Positions 20,062 to 30,423 of a stretch of 64,000 bases of DNA are shown piece after piece. The notes beneath the pieces are model-generated. The model saw nothing but the letters and a program-made list of their open reading frames with translations, was not told where the DNA came from and made no database searches. Position 1 is the first letter of the stretch. Each line of letters begins with the position of its first letter. The position numbers and the translations under genes are program-made. This stretch comes from an uncultured Acidobacteriota bacterium (GTDB taxonomy: Bacteria; Acidobacteriota; Vicinamibacteria; Vicinamibacterales; UBA8438), in assembly GCA_913043225.1 (NCBI GenBank), contig CAJWLU010000003.1:32001-96000 (forward strand), given 5' to 3'.

Positions 20062-20499
20062 CTAACGGCGCCTGGAGGGTGCCCGGTATTCCTCGTCGGT
20101 GACCGGGTCCATCCAGTTGACGCCGCCTTCGTAGACGGTGATCTGGAGCACGTGCTCGTCGTGGGCCGCGCCGTGCCAGTGTTCGATGTCTGGTCCGGTC
20201 CACCACGGTTCGCCCGGGAGCATCTCGTAGATCGGCTCGTCCCGGACCTGCGTCAATGCCCGGCCCTCTTCGACCATCAGCAGCTGGCCCCACTCGTGGG
20301 TGTGCCAGTTCGACCGAACCCCGGCGGGGAAGCGGAGTTTGATGGCGCCGAGGTTCTCATCGTCACCCCGGGTGGGGGCGCCGCCCATGAAGTTGCTCTG
20401 CCACGCGGAGATCGGTTCGCCGAGGGTGAGCACCGTGGTAACGGTTGCAACGGCCGCCGCGGCCAGAAGGAATCGAGGACGGGTGCGAAGTAGCTGCAT
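20062..20499 (-). CDS. Exported cupin-domain protein
   Basis: WHTHEWGQ and EHWHGA cupin motifs; N-terminal hydrophobic signal. Confidence 0.85.
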   Translation of the reverse strand: MQLLRTRPRFLLAAAAVATVTTVLTLGEPISAWQSNFMGGAPTRGDDENLGAIKLRFPAGVRSNWHTHEWGQLLMVEEGRALTQVRDEPIYEMLPGEPWWTGPDIEHWHGAAHDEHVLQITVYEGGVNWMDPVTDEEYRAPSRRR

Positions 20500-20658
20500 G
20501 GGCGGCAGTATACCGCCTGCACGCGGATGCGCCTGAAGGTCGGGTTGCTATCCCAGGCCGGCGCCGAACCGACACCCGGCCATCGGCGTTGACGCCTCCG
20601 TGTTGAACGGTCCACAATGCCGCTCGCCATTCGCGGTCCCACTAGCATCGTAAAATCC

Positions 20659-21669
20659 ATGAGTTCTCGCTTTTGCAGCGGTTGCAGACTTGTTGCCCTC
20701 GCGGTCGTACTGGTCGGTCCGTTTCCGAGCCCCACCGCACGCGCCCAATCTCCTGACCATCGGACAGTAGATTTGACCTACCACATTGAGGTCGCGCCGC
20801 CGCTCCATCCCGGCCCGGTTTCGGTCTGGATCCCGCTGCCAGTCGAGGATGCCCATCAATGGGTGATTTCGACAGAAGTCGAGTCCCCGGTCGACTACAC
20901 CGTAGGGACCGAGTCCGAGTACGGGAACCGCATGCTGCATCTGCGGGTCGAGACGCTTACCGAGCCATTGCCCGTGACGCTACGATTTAGGGTCCGGCGT
21001 CACGAAGTGCGCGCCGAGTTCGATGGGGCTTCGACCACTCTCGGGCCTCCGCTGGGGCGTTGGTTGGAACCTGACCGGCTCGTGCCGCTCGACCAGCGGA
21101 TCAGGACGATTGCGCTCGAGACCACCGATGGCGCTAGGACGCCGCTCGACCGTGCCCGGCGTGTCTATGACTACGTGGTCGATACGATGACCTACGACAA
21201 GAGCGGCACCGGGTGGGGGCGGGGCGACATCTACTGGGCGTGCGACGCACGTGCCGGTAATTGCACGGATTTCCACGCGCTGTTCATCGGTCTCAATCGG
21301 GCAGTCGGGATCCCGGCCACTTTCGAGATCGGGTTTCCACTGCCACCTGATCGGCGGGATGGTCAGATCGAGGGTTACCACTGTTGGGCGCAGTTCTTCC
21401 TCGACGGCGTCGGTTGGGTGCCGGTGGATACCTCAGAAGCCAATAAGTTTCCCGAACTCCACGAGTACTTTTTCGGCGCGCATGACGCACACCGTGTTCT
21501 GTTCACGAAGGGACGGGACGTCACGCTGGCACCACGGCAGCAGGGTCCTCCCTTGAACTACTTCATCTATCCTTACGTCGAAGTCGGGGGTCAGCCGTAT
21601 GATGGAGTGACGCATCGCGTCAGGTTCACCGACGTCCCAGATGATGCAGCGAAAGGAGATCCACGATGA
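20659..21669 (+). CDS. Exported transglutaminase-like (Cys-His-Asp) protein
   Basis: GNCTDFH, YHCW and WVPVD triad motifs. Confidence 0.85.
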   Translation: MSSRFCSGCRLVALAVVLVGPFPSPTARAQSPDHRTVDLTYHIEVAPPLHPGPVSVWIPLPVEDAHQWVISTEVESPVDYTVGTESEYGNRMLHLRVETLTEPLPVTLRFRVRRHEVRAEFDGASTTLGPPLGRWLEPDRLVPLDQRIRTIALETTDGARTPLDRARRVYDYVVDTMTYDKSGTGWGRGDIYWACDARAGNCTDFHALFIGLNRAVGIPATFEIGFPLPPDRRDGQIEGYHCWAQFFLDGVGWVPVDTSEANKFPELHEYFFGAHDAHRVLFTKGRDVTLAPRQQGPPLNYFIYPYVEVGGQPYDGVTHRVRFTDVPDDAAKGDPR

Positions 21670-22067
21670 TCCGGAATCTCGATTCCAGCACGGTACTTCT
21701 CGCGGCGGTCTCGCTAGCGGTCGTAATCGTCTTGGTGCCGGCGTCGGTCTTCGCGCAGAACGCCGAAGTAGCCGGCGCCTGGGTCCTGACCGTCGAGACC
21801 GACGTGGGCGGTACCACCAATCCGAGCATTACGTTGGAGCAGAATGGCTCGGCGTTGACGGGCCACTACTCGTCGGACACGCTGGGTGAGGCCGAGGTGA
21901 CAGGTACCGTCGAGGGCCAGGAGGTGAGCTTTTCGTTCGATGCCGAAGCGGGCGGCTATGCTCTCGAGGTGAGCTACACCGGGACCCTGCAGGACGACGG
22001 GACGTTGTCCGGTGCGATGGATCTGGGCGGGCTCGCCAGCGGAACCTTCGTCGGGAAGCGGCAGTAG
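21666..22067 (+). CDS. Small exported beta-strand-rich hypothetical protein
   Basis: Signal peptide ending VFA-Q, then VAGAW; ATGA overlap with the upstream gene. Confidence 0.75.
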   Translation: MIRNLDSSTVLLAAVSLAVVIVLVPASVFAQNAEVAGAWVLTVETDVGGTTNPSITLEQNGSALTGHYSSDTLGEAEVTGTVEGQEVSFSFDAEAGGYALEVSYTGTLQDDGTLSGAMDLGGLASGTFVGKRQ

Positions 22068-22580
22068 CTAGCGGCCGAGCTTGTCGTCCGGCGGTACGCT
22101 GGCCGGCGGCTGCACGCCGTTGAGCCTCGCATACACCAGCATCTGCCCATAGTGGTTGAAGCTGTTGAAGCTGTGGTACGCGATTCCGGCGGCCACGGCT
22201 GACCGCGGCATAGCCCCGAACGCCGTCGGCACTGGGTCAGACGCGTTGCCCGCGTTCAGATCCGCCACGGCTCGGCGCGCGTAGGCCAGCGCCTCTCTCA
22301 AGTAGGACACGCTCGCCTCTTTCGTCTCGAGGCCGTCTGGGCCGTTGTTGTGGGTGCCTGGTCCGTGCGGCGACCTTTCCTCCCTGACTAGCGCGGCGGT
22401 CATATAGATCATGGTGGCCGTGTGCCTGACCTGTTCCCCGAAAGTACGTGCGTTGCGAAAGTGCTCTCCGGTAGGAACGAAGCCGTAGCGGTTCGCTGGC
22501 ATCGCTTCGGCCAGGGCAAGTACCTCGCGCTCCACTAGAGTGAGCTGATCGTCGAACATCGTGGTCACGATGCAGAGCAT
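22068..22580 (-). CDS. DinB/YfiT-family protein with a 3-aa duplication in its His motif
   Basis: AEAMP...RTFGEQVRH and YHSFNSFNHYGQ; start codon uncertain. Confidence 0.75.
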   Translation of the reverse strand: MLCIVTTMFDDQLTLVEREVLALAEAMPANRYGFVPTGEHFRNARTFGEQVRHTATMIYMTAALVREERSPHGPGTHNNGPDGLETKEASVSYLREALAYARRAVADLNAGNASDPVPTAFGAMPRSAVAAGIAYHSFNSFNHYGQMLVYARLNGVQPPASVPPDDKLGR

Positions 22581-22640
22581 GCCATGAATGGCGTTGCCGT
22601 TTCCGGAACGAGTCTGGTCCTGCTGTTGGCTCGGTATGGC

Positions 22641-23066
22641 TCAGGGACCGAGGAGCGGTTCGTAGCTCAGTGGGTCGAGCGGGGTAGCCCCGGCGGGCAC
22701 CGAGTTTAGGCGGAGCAGGTAGGCCAGGACGTTCGTGTAGCTTTCACCGCGGGGACGCACTCCGGCGGGAGGCATGCCGTCGCGCATCCTGACAAACAGA
22801 TCACGAATACGGCGTTCGCCCCAGCGGTCTTCGAACCCTGGTCCGGATAACGCAGGTGCCCGACGAGGGAAGCCGTCGCTTGCCTCGTGACACTCCGCGC
22901 ATCTACGGTCGTACTCGAGACGGCCGGCGTCTGCCTGGGCGGCGGTGTAGGTAGACTGTGCGCCGATGGTGGCGGGGAGCGCGTTCCAGACCACCACTGT
23001 CAGACAGCATTTCACCATCAGCTTCAGCCCAAAACTTAGTTCGGGCGCTGTGGACTCTGGTGGCAT
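22641..23066 (-). CDS. Monoheme c-type cytochrome
   Basis: CAECH, distal MPP and YTAAQADAG; start may instead be at 23018. Confidence 0.8.
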   Translation of the reverse strand: MPPESTAPELSFGLKLMVKCCLTVVVWNALPATIGAQSTYTAAQADAGRLEYDRRCAECHEASDGFPRRAPALSGPGFEDRWGERRIRDLFVRMRDGMPPAGVRPRGESYTNVLAYLLRLNSVPAGATPLDPLSYEPLLGP

Positions 23067-23104
23067 GCTCGGACGCCGCCGCGGCGCTTCGCAGATAGCG
23101 AGGA

Positions 23105-23860
23105 TCACTGGTAGCGCCACGCGAGCAGGCGGCGTTCCAATCTGCTGGCCAGCGAGAATAGCGCGAGTACGCAGCCCATGATCACGATGATCAGGGCGAT
23201 GGTGAGGCTGGTGTTGTAGGTGCTCTGGGCGAACTGTAGGAGATAGCCGAGGCCACGGCTCGAGGCGACGAACTCGCCGACTACTGCGCCGGTGAAGGCG
23301 AAGCCCACGGCCACCTTGAAGTTGCCGAGCACCCAGGCGGTGACCGATGGGACGTAGACCTCGCGCACGAGCACCGACTGGCCGCCGCCGAGGGTGCGCA
23401 CCCGTTCCACCAGGCGTTGGTCGACCTCTCGTACGCCGTTGTATACGGCGAAGAAGATCAAGACCGCGACCAGGACCGTGGCCAGTGCCAGCTTCGATGC
23501 CAGCCCGATGCCGAGCCAGATCACGAAGAGCGGGGCGAGGATGACCCGCGGGATGGCGTTCAACAGGATCATCACCGGCTCTAGTAGCTCGGCGACGAAT
23601 GGGAAGAGCGCGGCGGCGAAGCCGAGGGCGATTCCCAGGAGCAACCCGATCAGCAGGCCGGCGAAGGCGGCCAACGCGGTCGCGCCCAGGTGGGGCCAGA
23701 TCTCACCCGTGGCAACCAGCTCGGCTAGCACCGCGGCCACCGTGGTCGGAGCGGGCAGATAGAACGGGTCGACCATGCCAGTGCGAGTTAGGGTCTCCCA
23801 CACCACGAGCAGCGTCAGGCCGGCCAGCGCGCGTCTGGCTCCCTTCGGGAGGCGCGTCAT
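23105..23860 (-). CDS. ABC transporter permease, NitT/TauT family
   Basis: NAIPRVILAPLFVIWLG and GAVVGEF. Confidence 0.9.
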   Translation of the reverse strand: MTRLPKGARRALAGLTLLVVWETLTRTGMVDPFYLPAPTTVAAVLAELVATGEIWPHLGATALAAFAGLLIGLLLGIALGFAAALFPFVAELLEPVMILLNAIPRVILAPLFVIWLGIGLASKLALATVLVAVLIFFAVYNGVREVDQRLVERVRTLGGGQSVLVREVYVPSVTAWVLGNFKVAVGFAFTGAVVGEFVASSRGLGYLLQFAQSTYNTSLTIALIIVIMGCVLALFSLASRLERRLLAWRYQ

Positions 23861-24624
23861 GATTCCTTCTGCTCGCTGTCGGGGGCGCCGGTGAGCGCTT
23901 GCCACAGCCCGTTGACTGCCGCTGGAAACTCCGGATGCTGACGGACCTGCAGTAGGTCGCGAGGGCGCGGCAGTGCGAGCTTCAGCGCCGCGACCACGTC
24001 GGCGCGGGGGCCTTGGCCTAGGACGTAGACTTCGTCTGAGACACTCACGGCCTCTTCCAGGTCGTGGGTGACCAGCATTACGGTCAGCCCGTCCTTCTCG
24101 ACCCAGGTCACCAGTTCCTGCGTTAGACGTGTCCGGACGATGGCGTCCAGCGACGCGAACGGCTCGTCCATCAGTAACAGCCGGGGCTCCAGCACCAGCA
24201 CCTGTGCCAGCGCGGCGCGTTTGCGCTGGCCGCCGGACAGCTGGGCCGGGTAGCGACTGCCGAGTCCGGTCAGACCGACCCGCTCCAGCCACGACGTGAC
24301 CCGCCGGTCGATGTCATCGGGCGGCAGGTTGCGGATGCGTAGCCCTAGTCCGACGTTCTGGGCGACGGTCCGCCACGGCAGCAGTGCATCGTCTTGAAAG
24401 AGGAAACCGACCTCGGTCGGGGCGGCGTCGCAGTCAATCGTGCCGCCCAGCGGCTCGAGGAGCGAGGTCACCGCACGCAGTACGCTGGTCTTGCCAGAGC
24501 CGGATGGTCCGACCAAGCTGACGAAGCGGCCGGTGCCCACCTCGAGGCTCACCCCGTCGAGCACCGGCTCTTCGCCGTAGCCGACCGACAGGTCCCGGAT
24601 GCGCAACATATCGTCGTGGGGCAC
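23857..24624 (-). CDS. ABC transporter ATP-binding protein, NitT/TauT family
   Basis: GPSGSGKT, LSGGQ and LLMDEPF. Confidence 0.92.
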   Translation of the reverse strand: MPHDDMLRIRDLSVGYGEEPVLDGVSLEVGTGRFVSLVGPSGSGKTSVLRAVTSLLEPLGGTIDCDAAPTEVGFLFQDDALLPWRTVAQNVGLGLRIRNLPPDDIDRRVTSWLERVGLTGLGSRYPAQLSGGQRKRAALAQVLVLEPRLLLMDEPFASLDAIVRTRLTQELVTWVEKDGLTVMLVTHDLEEAVSVSDEVYVLGQGPRADVVAALKLALPRPRDLLQVRQHPEFPAAVNGLWQALTGAPDSEQKES

Positions 24625-25707
24625 CTAACCGGACAGTGCGCCTGGATCGAGCAGCGAGTCGAGTTCGACATCGCCTGGAGTGAGGAGGCCGGCCACTTCC
24701 TGCGCGCGTTGCACGCGCGCCGCCGCCTCTCGGTCGATCGCCACCGACTCCGGATACAGCGACGTGCGATAGCGTTCGACGATCTCGCCGAGGTGGTCGA
24801 GATCGCCGCCGGCCACCAATGCACTTGGCAACGCGGAGAGTACGTCGGCGACCGGAAGCTGGCGGGTGTCCCGAAGACCCGCCGCGAGCGCCGCGGCCAG
24901 CCGCCGGATCTCGTCCAGCCGCTGATCCCGTTCATCCGCACGCACCGAGACACCCATGAACTCGTAGGCGCCGCCGACGTGACGTTCGGCTTCGGTCAGG
25001 TCCATGAAGTTGACCAGTTCGCGTCCTCCGGCCTCGATCACCAGCGAGAGCGCCGGCTCCTGCAGCATCCCGGCGTCGACCTGCCCCAGTCGGAGGGCGT
25101 CGAACAGGTTGGTGCCGATGGCGGCGATGTCTACCGCGCTTGGGTTCACCCCGTTACGGTCAAGGAGATAGAGCAGGAGGGCATGGTCGGCGTTGCCGAG
25201 GCCGGAGACCCCGACAGTGCGACCCGCGAGGTCGCTGACCGCGGTGATGGCCGTCGCCCGATCGGGGGCTACACCGAGCGCGAACAGTGGCAGCCGGCCG
25301 GTTGAGGCCACCCGCCTGATCGCGGCGCCGTTGGCCGCTGCCTGGAGGACGACATCGAACGAGGTGCCCGCATAGTCGACCGAACCTCCGACGAGTGCCT
25401 GCATCGCGGCGCTACCGCCGCGGGTGTAGACGAGCTCAGCAGCCAGTCCCCGGTCGGTGAAGTGACCACGGACCCGGGTGACCTCGTAGGGAATGACGCA
25501 CAGGAGCTGGCCGCAAAAGGCCAGTCGGACTGAGGTCGAGCCGTCGGACGGCGGGTCTGCACACCCGCTCACGGCGATGACACCGGCGGCGCCCAGCAGT
25601 CCTTTGAGGGCGGTACGGCGGTCCCAGGCCACGCCCACGTCCGGCCAGCGCCGGTCCGCAGCCACCGCGCCCCGAAGAACGGGGTTCGTGGCTTCGCAGC
25701 AGCCCAT
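24625..25707 (-). CDS. ABC substrate-binding protein (NMT1/SsuA-like), putative Tat lipoprotein
   Basis: DRRTALK twin-arginine, VSGC lipobox and GGSAAMQAL; adjacent to ATPase and permease. Confidence 0.85.
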   Translation of the reverse strand: MGCCEATNPVLRGAVAADRRWPDVGVAWDRRTALKGLLGAAGVIAVSGCADPPSDGSTSVRLAFCGQLLCVIPYEVTRVRGHFTDRGLAAELVYTRGGSAAMQALVGGSVDYAGTSFDVVLQAAANGAAIRRVASTGRLPLFALGVAPDRATAITAVSDLAGRTVGVSGLGNADHALLLYLLDRNGVNPSAVDIAAIGTNLFDALRLGQVDAGMLQEPALSLVIEAGGRELVNFMDLTEAERHVGGAYEFMGVSVRADERDQRLDEIRRLAAALAAGLRDTRQLPVADVLSALPSALVAGGDLDHLGEIVERYRTSLYPESVAIDREAAARVQRAQEVAGLLTPGDVELDSLLDPGALSG

Positions 25708-25755
25708 GTCGTGGGTGGTCGGACGGGCCCAGGAATTGGGTCCGGCGAGCCTGTG

Positions 25756-26298
25756 CTAGCGGTTCACGTAGGCGTTTGCGAACTCCTTGAGGCGTTCGCT
25801 CCGCAGGCCAATCGTCTCGGCTTCGGTCATCGCGCGGTCCTGCGCCCAGCCGTCCTGCTGCACCCGCTTGATGAACCACATCGCACCGACGCGGTTGGCC
25901 GACGCGCAGTGGATGTAGGCCGGCTGGTTTGCCGGGTCGGCGATCGCGTTCAGGAACTGCTCGGTCGTTTCGTCGCTTGGTGCGCGGAACGGGATGTGTA
26001 TGTAGGTCAGGCCGGCCGCCGCGGCGGCGGCGCGGCTGCCGTCGATGTTGGCGCCTTCCTCCTCGGCCGTCCGGAAGTTGATCACCGAGGCGAAGCCCAT
26101 TTCCTTCAGTGCGGGCATTGCCGCGGACGGGGTCGCCCCCGCGCAGGCCACGGTGGCGTCGATGCGTGTGTAGTTGCGGACGCCTTCAGGGGCTTCGTCC
26201 TGCGCGTTGACGGCCCAGCCGGCCGCGACGATCAACACAAGAACACTGCTTGCCAACAGTGGGAGGCAAGCGGTCGTCAGGGGGCGTCGCATGGGCAT
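25756..26298 (-). CDS. Exported DUF442/tyrosine-phosphatase-fold protein (sulfur-transferase-like)
   Basis: VINFR and HCASANR (CX5R) loop; signal peptide. Confidence 0.8.
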   Translation of the reverse strand: MPMRRPLTTACLPLLASSVLVLIVAAGWAVNAQDEAPEGVRNYTRIDATVACAGATPSAAMPALKEMGFASVINFRTAEEEGANIDGSRAAAAAAGLTYIHIPFRAPSDETTEQFLNAIADPANQPAYIHCASANRVGAMWFIKRVQQDGWAQDRAMTEAETIGLRSERLKEFANAYVNR

Positions 26299-26500
26299 TT
26301 CTCCTCGGTCTAGCCGCTGGCTCGGTCGCCCGCGGGAAGCAACTGATCGTGCCACGATACCACGCCTGATTTCCCCTCCCGAGAGGTGTGCGAGGCCCCC
26401 CGAGCTGGCCGGTTTGGTCGCCGGCATGCGGTGGCGCGGTAGACCGGGCAGTTCGACGTTGCCCGCGAGCAGGTCCGGATAGTCGCGTTGTCAGCTCTTG

Positions 26501-28648
26501 CTATTCAGCCAGCGGGTGCGGGCGGATCTGGAACTTCACCAGGTTGCCCGGCTCGGCCGGTCCTCCTTCGACGTGCCACGCGGCGTCGGCACCATAGGTG
26601 GCGTAGAGGCCGCGGCCCTTCCAGCCGCCGTCCGGGTCGTCTATGCGGCCGTCGACGCCGCGGCTGTGGAAGCCCATCGGGTACGGCACCCGCATTACCA
26701 CCCACTCACCGCTCTCGGGGAGCAGTGCGAGCAGCGAGTCAGAGCTTGAGCCGTTGGCGATCGGGATGTTGTCTCCGAGCCCCAGCGTGTTGAACTGGTC
26801 CACCCAGTTGTAATAGTGGAAGTCGGTGCCGATGTCGGTGCCCCGGAAGTTGGGCCCAGGCGCTTTGTAGAAGGTCCAGCCCTCGTCGCACTGTCGACCG
26901 TTGCGCATCTCCGGTCCGCCGAATACGGTGCACTTCGATCGGTCGAAACTGGCGAAGTGGCTGCTGCCGGCCAGTGCCGCCCAGAGCACGCCGTTGCGGT
27001 CAACGTCGAGCCCGCGTGTCCGGTAACCCTGCTCCGCCGGTACGCTATAGAACTCGGTGAGGCAGGTTTCCGGCGGGTCGTCGCCCTTCTCCATTCGGAC
27101 CAGCTTGCCCGGGTAGTCATCCGACACGGCCCACACCGCATCGTCGAGCGGGTTGGTGATGACCGCGTAGGCCCCCACCAGGATACGGGTGTCGAGCGCG
27201 GGGTCGAAGGTGGCTTCCTGGTCGCGCCGGGCCGGTTCGTTCCACGGCCGAGTGATCTTGCCATCGCCGTTGGTGTCGATGACGGTCGGGCACCAGCCCT
27301 GGGAGGCTCGCTCGTCGCCGGTCTCGTCATACATCTTCACGTCGAGCCAGCCGATAACGTTCCGGTCGCCGCTGAAGTAGAGCGTGTCGTTGGCGTCCTC
27401 GGCGAACTGTAGGTGGTGGGTGCTGAAGCAGGTGTGAATCAGCACGAACTTCTGCTTCTCGGGGTCGAAGTAGCCGGTGTGTCGTCCTGCCCGAGTCATA
27501 GGGAAGTTCTGGGCGTAGGGGTTGTCCGACCCCTCCCGGCACCAGTTGGGGTTGTCGACCTCCTGCACGCGTGTGGTCAGCCAGACCCGTCCGTGCTGGT
27601 CGAGCATCGGGTTATGCGGGTTGGCCGGGTCTACCCAGATCGCTTCGGAGCCGAAGTCACGCCAGGGCTCGAACCCCTCCGTCTGGAACATCGACGGTAT
27701 GGTGTCGCGGGGAACACGCAGCGGGATCTGGAGCATGGTCGATTGATGCACGTTGGGATCGGTGATGAGCAGGAAGTCGTTGCCGATGTCCACGCCGTAG
27801 ATCGGACCGTTGGCGTTGACCGTCGGGTTCCGCTTGTCGGTGGCGATCTCGTCGTGCACGAAGGCGACGTTATTGCCCCAGTTCCACTGGGTGAGCACGA
27901 CGTTACGCTCGATGCCTTGGGGACGCGGCGGCACCGGAGGCGCCTCCCCAGCCGCGATCCGGCTGCTCCAGTCCGAGAGCATTGCCAGCCCGCGCTCACG
28001 GCCCCACTGTGTGATGAAGCTGGTCATCAGCGACCCGCGCTGGCCTCGCCGGGTGCGGTGGTCCCAGGCCGCCGCTGTTGAGTCGAACTGATCGAGGTCT
28101 GGCACCACTCGGGTCCGTTCGTTGCCGACCTGGTGGCAGCGCTGGCAGCCCTTGAGCACGTTGATCCACTCGCTCTGGCTTCCGAGGCGTTCGTTGATGC
28201 CGTTGCCGTCGACGCCGGTTCCTGGGAACTCGTGTGCCTCGGGTAGGTTAATGAGCGACAGCCAGTAGGTCGACGGGTAGACCTGCGCCGCTTCCTGCGG
28301 GGTCGCGGCCACGGTGGCCGTCAGCTCCAGTTCTGCGCCCGGCCGCGCTTCGGTATGTCCCGAGTCGACCAGGCCATAGCCTCGGACCCAGACCTCGAAG
28401 ATGACGTCGGGTAGCTCCGGCAGCAGGAAGCGGCCGTCGTCGTCGGTGACCACGATCTTCCGGTAGACGGTCTCGAGCTCGTCGGTTTCGGCGATTACCC
28501 AGACGCCGGCCTCCGGGCCCACGCTGCTGGTTACCTGTCCCCGGATCACTCCGGTGTTTTCCTGGGCGTCTACTGCGACCCAGGACCAGGTCCCGAGTCC
28601 GACCGCTACCAGCCCAATCGCTGCGACGGATCCCACGATCTTATCCAT
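26501..28648 (-). CDS. Exported protein: carboxypeptidase-regulatory-like N-domain, CxxCH heme c motif, probable beta-propeller
   Basis: IRGQVTS...VVTDDDGRFLLPELP; CQRCH; PHNPMLD..GRVW and THHLQF. Confidence 0.8.
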   Translation of the reverse strand: MDKIVGSVAAIGLVAVGLGTWSWVAVDAQENTGVIRGQVTSSVGPEAGVWVIAETDELETVYRKIVVTDDDGRFLLPELPDVIFEVWVRGYGLVDSGHTEARPGAELELTATVAATPQEAAQVYPSTYWLSLINLPEAHEFPGTGVDGNGINERLGSQSEWINVLKGCQRCHQVGNERTRVVPDLDQFDSTAAAWDHRTRRGQRGSLMTSFITQWGRERGLAMLSDWSSRIAAGEAPPVPPRPQGIERNVVLTQWNWGNNVAFVHDEIATDKRNPTVNANGPIYGVDIGNDFLLITDPNVHQSTMLQIPLRVPRDTIPSMFQTEGFEPWRDFGSEAIWVDPANPHNPMLDQHGRVWLTTRVQEVDNPNWCREGSDNPYAQNFPMTRAGRHTGYFDPEKQKFVLIHTCFSTHHLQFAEDANDTLYFSGDRNVIGWLDVKMYDETGDERASQGWCPTVIDTNGDGKITRPWNEPARRDQEATFDPALDTRILVGAYAVITNPLDDAVWAVSDDYPGKLVRMEKGDDPPETCLTEFYSVPAEQGYRTRGLDVDRNGVLWAALAGSSHFASFDRSKCTVFGGPEMRNGRQCDEGWTFYKAPGPNFRGTDIGTDFHYYNWVDQFNTLGLGDNIPIANGSSSDSLLALLPESGEWVVMRVPYPMGFHSRGVDGRIDDPDGGWKGRGLYATYGADAAWHVEGGPAEPGNLVKFQIRPHPLAE

Positions 28649-28678
28649 CGTCGTCTCCTGTCTCCTGAGTTCTTCGTG

Positions 28679-30286
28679 TCACTCCGTGCCCCGGTCGCTG
28701 ATGCCCCCGAGGTTTCGAAGCAGAGTCACCGTCTCCGGCCAGGCCTTCTCCGTGTTGGCCACGAAGACACCCTCGGCCACCATCAGTGGTGTCCATCCCA
28801 GGGCGTTCCTGGCGTTTATATCGGCGCCCTCGTCGAGAAGGTACTGCACGATCTGGTTCGCTCCGATCATCGCGGCGCCGTGCAGCGCCGTGCTGCCGTG
28901 CCACCGCATGTCTCCACGGTCGCGCTGGGCATCGAGCTGCGCCAGGTTGAGCGGGTGCCGCAGGAGCAGTGTCAGCCCGTCGCCTTCGAGCTCGGTGTCG
29001 CCGAAGTCGGTGGCCGTATAGACGTCGCCGCCGAGCGAGTGCGCCAGTCGTACCGCTTGCAGCCGGGTCGCCTCGGGGGTGCCGTTGTTCGGCCCGGGGC
29101 TCTCGCCGTCCCAGAAGCCGACGCCGGCCGCCGCCATCATCGGTGACACCCCCTGGGCGGTCGGTGACAAGACGTCGGCGCCGTGCTCGGCGAGGAGCTG
29201 CATGTAGTCGACGTCGGCATGCTTGGCGGCCAGGTAGAACGGCGTCGCTCCGACGAAGCTCAAAAAGTTCCGGCCCACCGAAATCCCAGACGGGCCGCGG
29301 ACCACGCCTAAGTCGACTTCGAACGGGACCTCCTCCCACTCAACGCGACGGTTCGGTTCGGCTCCTGACTCGAGCACCGCCCGCGCCAGCTCTAGGCTGT
29401 CGGTCATGCCGGTCGGCAGCGGTGGTCGTCCGGACCCCGGACGTCGAACCCACGAGAGTGCGTGCAGAATCGAGCCTCGTCGGTCTGGCAGGTTCGGGTC
29501 CCCACCCGCTTCGAGCAGCGTCAGGCCGAGCTCAAAATGAGCGTTCAGCACCGACGCCACGAGTGGCGTGGTCCCGTCACGAGCTGGAGCGTTAACGTCG
29601 GCGCCGGCGGCCAGCAGCGCTCGCACCGCGTCGATGTGCCCCTCGCGTACCGCGAATAGCAGCGGTGTCAGCGCGTCAGCCGACCGGGCCTCGACGTCGG
29701 CATCGGCGGCAGCCAGGGTCGTGATCGCCTCGGCGTTGCCGGCCTCGGCGGCCCACATCAACGCCGTCTGGTTCTGCCAGCTTTCGCTGGCGTTCACTGC
29801 CGCCCCGGCGGAGAGGAGCGCGTCGATTACGGGGACCCGGCCCGTGCGGGAGGCCAGCATCAAGGGGCTGTCGCCGCCCGGACTCGCGGTGTTGACCTCG
29901 GCCCCGGCGTCGAGCAGAAGCCGTACCATCCCTAGGCTGCCGTTGGTGGCGGCCAGCGTTAGCGGGGTTACCCCGTAGCGGTTCGTCGCCTCGGCGGTGG
30001 CGCCCGCCCCGACCAGTGCGCGGGCGATCTCGACCGCATCGGACTCGGCCGCCCAGTGGAGCGCGGTCGTGCCGTCCGGTCCGGAGGCATCGGGAGATGT
30101 ACCGTCGCCGAGAAGGCGTCGTACGGTACCGGTATCGCCCAGCTGGATCGCGTCGAGGAGCGCGAGCGCGGGGTCCTGTCCTGCCCTGGCGCCTGCCGCG
30201 GTCAGCGTCAGCGCCAGGGAGAGGAGGATCCGCGTCGAGAGGAAGCGCGGTCGGGTGTTGTTAGGCATTTCGAACCCCCGGGCCAT
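28679..30286 (-). CDS. Exported ankyrin-repeat protein (cassette 1)
   Basis: Repeated TALHWAA/TPL..AA/GADVN; signal peptide. Confidence 0.9.
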   Translation of the reverse strand: MARGFEMPNNTRPRFLSTRILLSLALTLTAAGARAGQDPALALLDAIQLGDTGTVRRLLGDGTSPDASGPDGTTALHWAAESDAVEIARALVGAGATAEATNRYGVTPLTLAATNGSLGMVRLLLDAGAEVNTASPGGDSPLMLASRTGRVPVIDALLSAGAAVNASESWQNQTALMWAAEAGNAEAITTLAAADADVEARSADALTPLLFAVREGHIDAVRALLAAGADVNAPARDGTTPLVASVLNAHFELGLTLLEAGGDPNLPDRRGSILHALSWVRRPGSGRPPLPTGMTDSLELARAVLESGAEPNRRVEWEEVPFEVDLGVVRGPSGISVGRNFLSFVGATPFYLAAKHADVDYMQLLAEHGADVLSPTAQGVSPMMAAAGVGFWDGESPGPNNGTPEATRLQAVRLAHSLGGDVYTATDFGDTELEGDGLTLLLRHPLNLAQLDAQRDRGDMRWHGSTALHGAAMIGANQIVQYLLDEGADINARNALGWTPLMVAEGVFVANTEKAWPETVTLLRNLGGISDRGTE

Positions 30287-30423
30287 AACCCGCTACCGAT
30301 GGCAAGGAACGACTATACAATATCTGGGCTGACGCACAGGACATCCGCTGGGAGGTCGGCGGCCGTCTAGCGAGGCCGACCGTTGACACGGAGGCCGCCT
30401 TGGCGGGATAAAGGAACTTCACC

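Noticed and set aside
22068..23066. Cytochrome c TGA stop is in frame with the downstream DinB ORF (possible selenocysteine or read-through fusion)
   Set aside because: The context (LLGP*AIPSQ) is not a redox-Cys position, I see no convincing SECIS-like hairpin, and an exported cytochrome fused to a cytoplasmic DinB is implausible. In-frame adjacency has a 1-in-3 chance.
28679..30286. Ankyrin proteins as symbiosis or host-interaction effectors
   Set aside because: Their consistent linkage to DUF1592/DUF1552 genes and Sec-type signals suggest a periplasmic partner role; no secretion-system genes in the window
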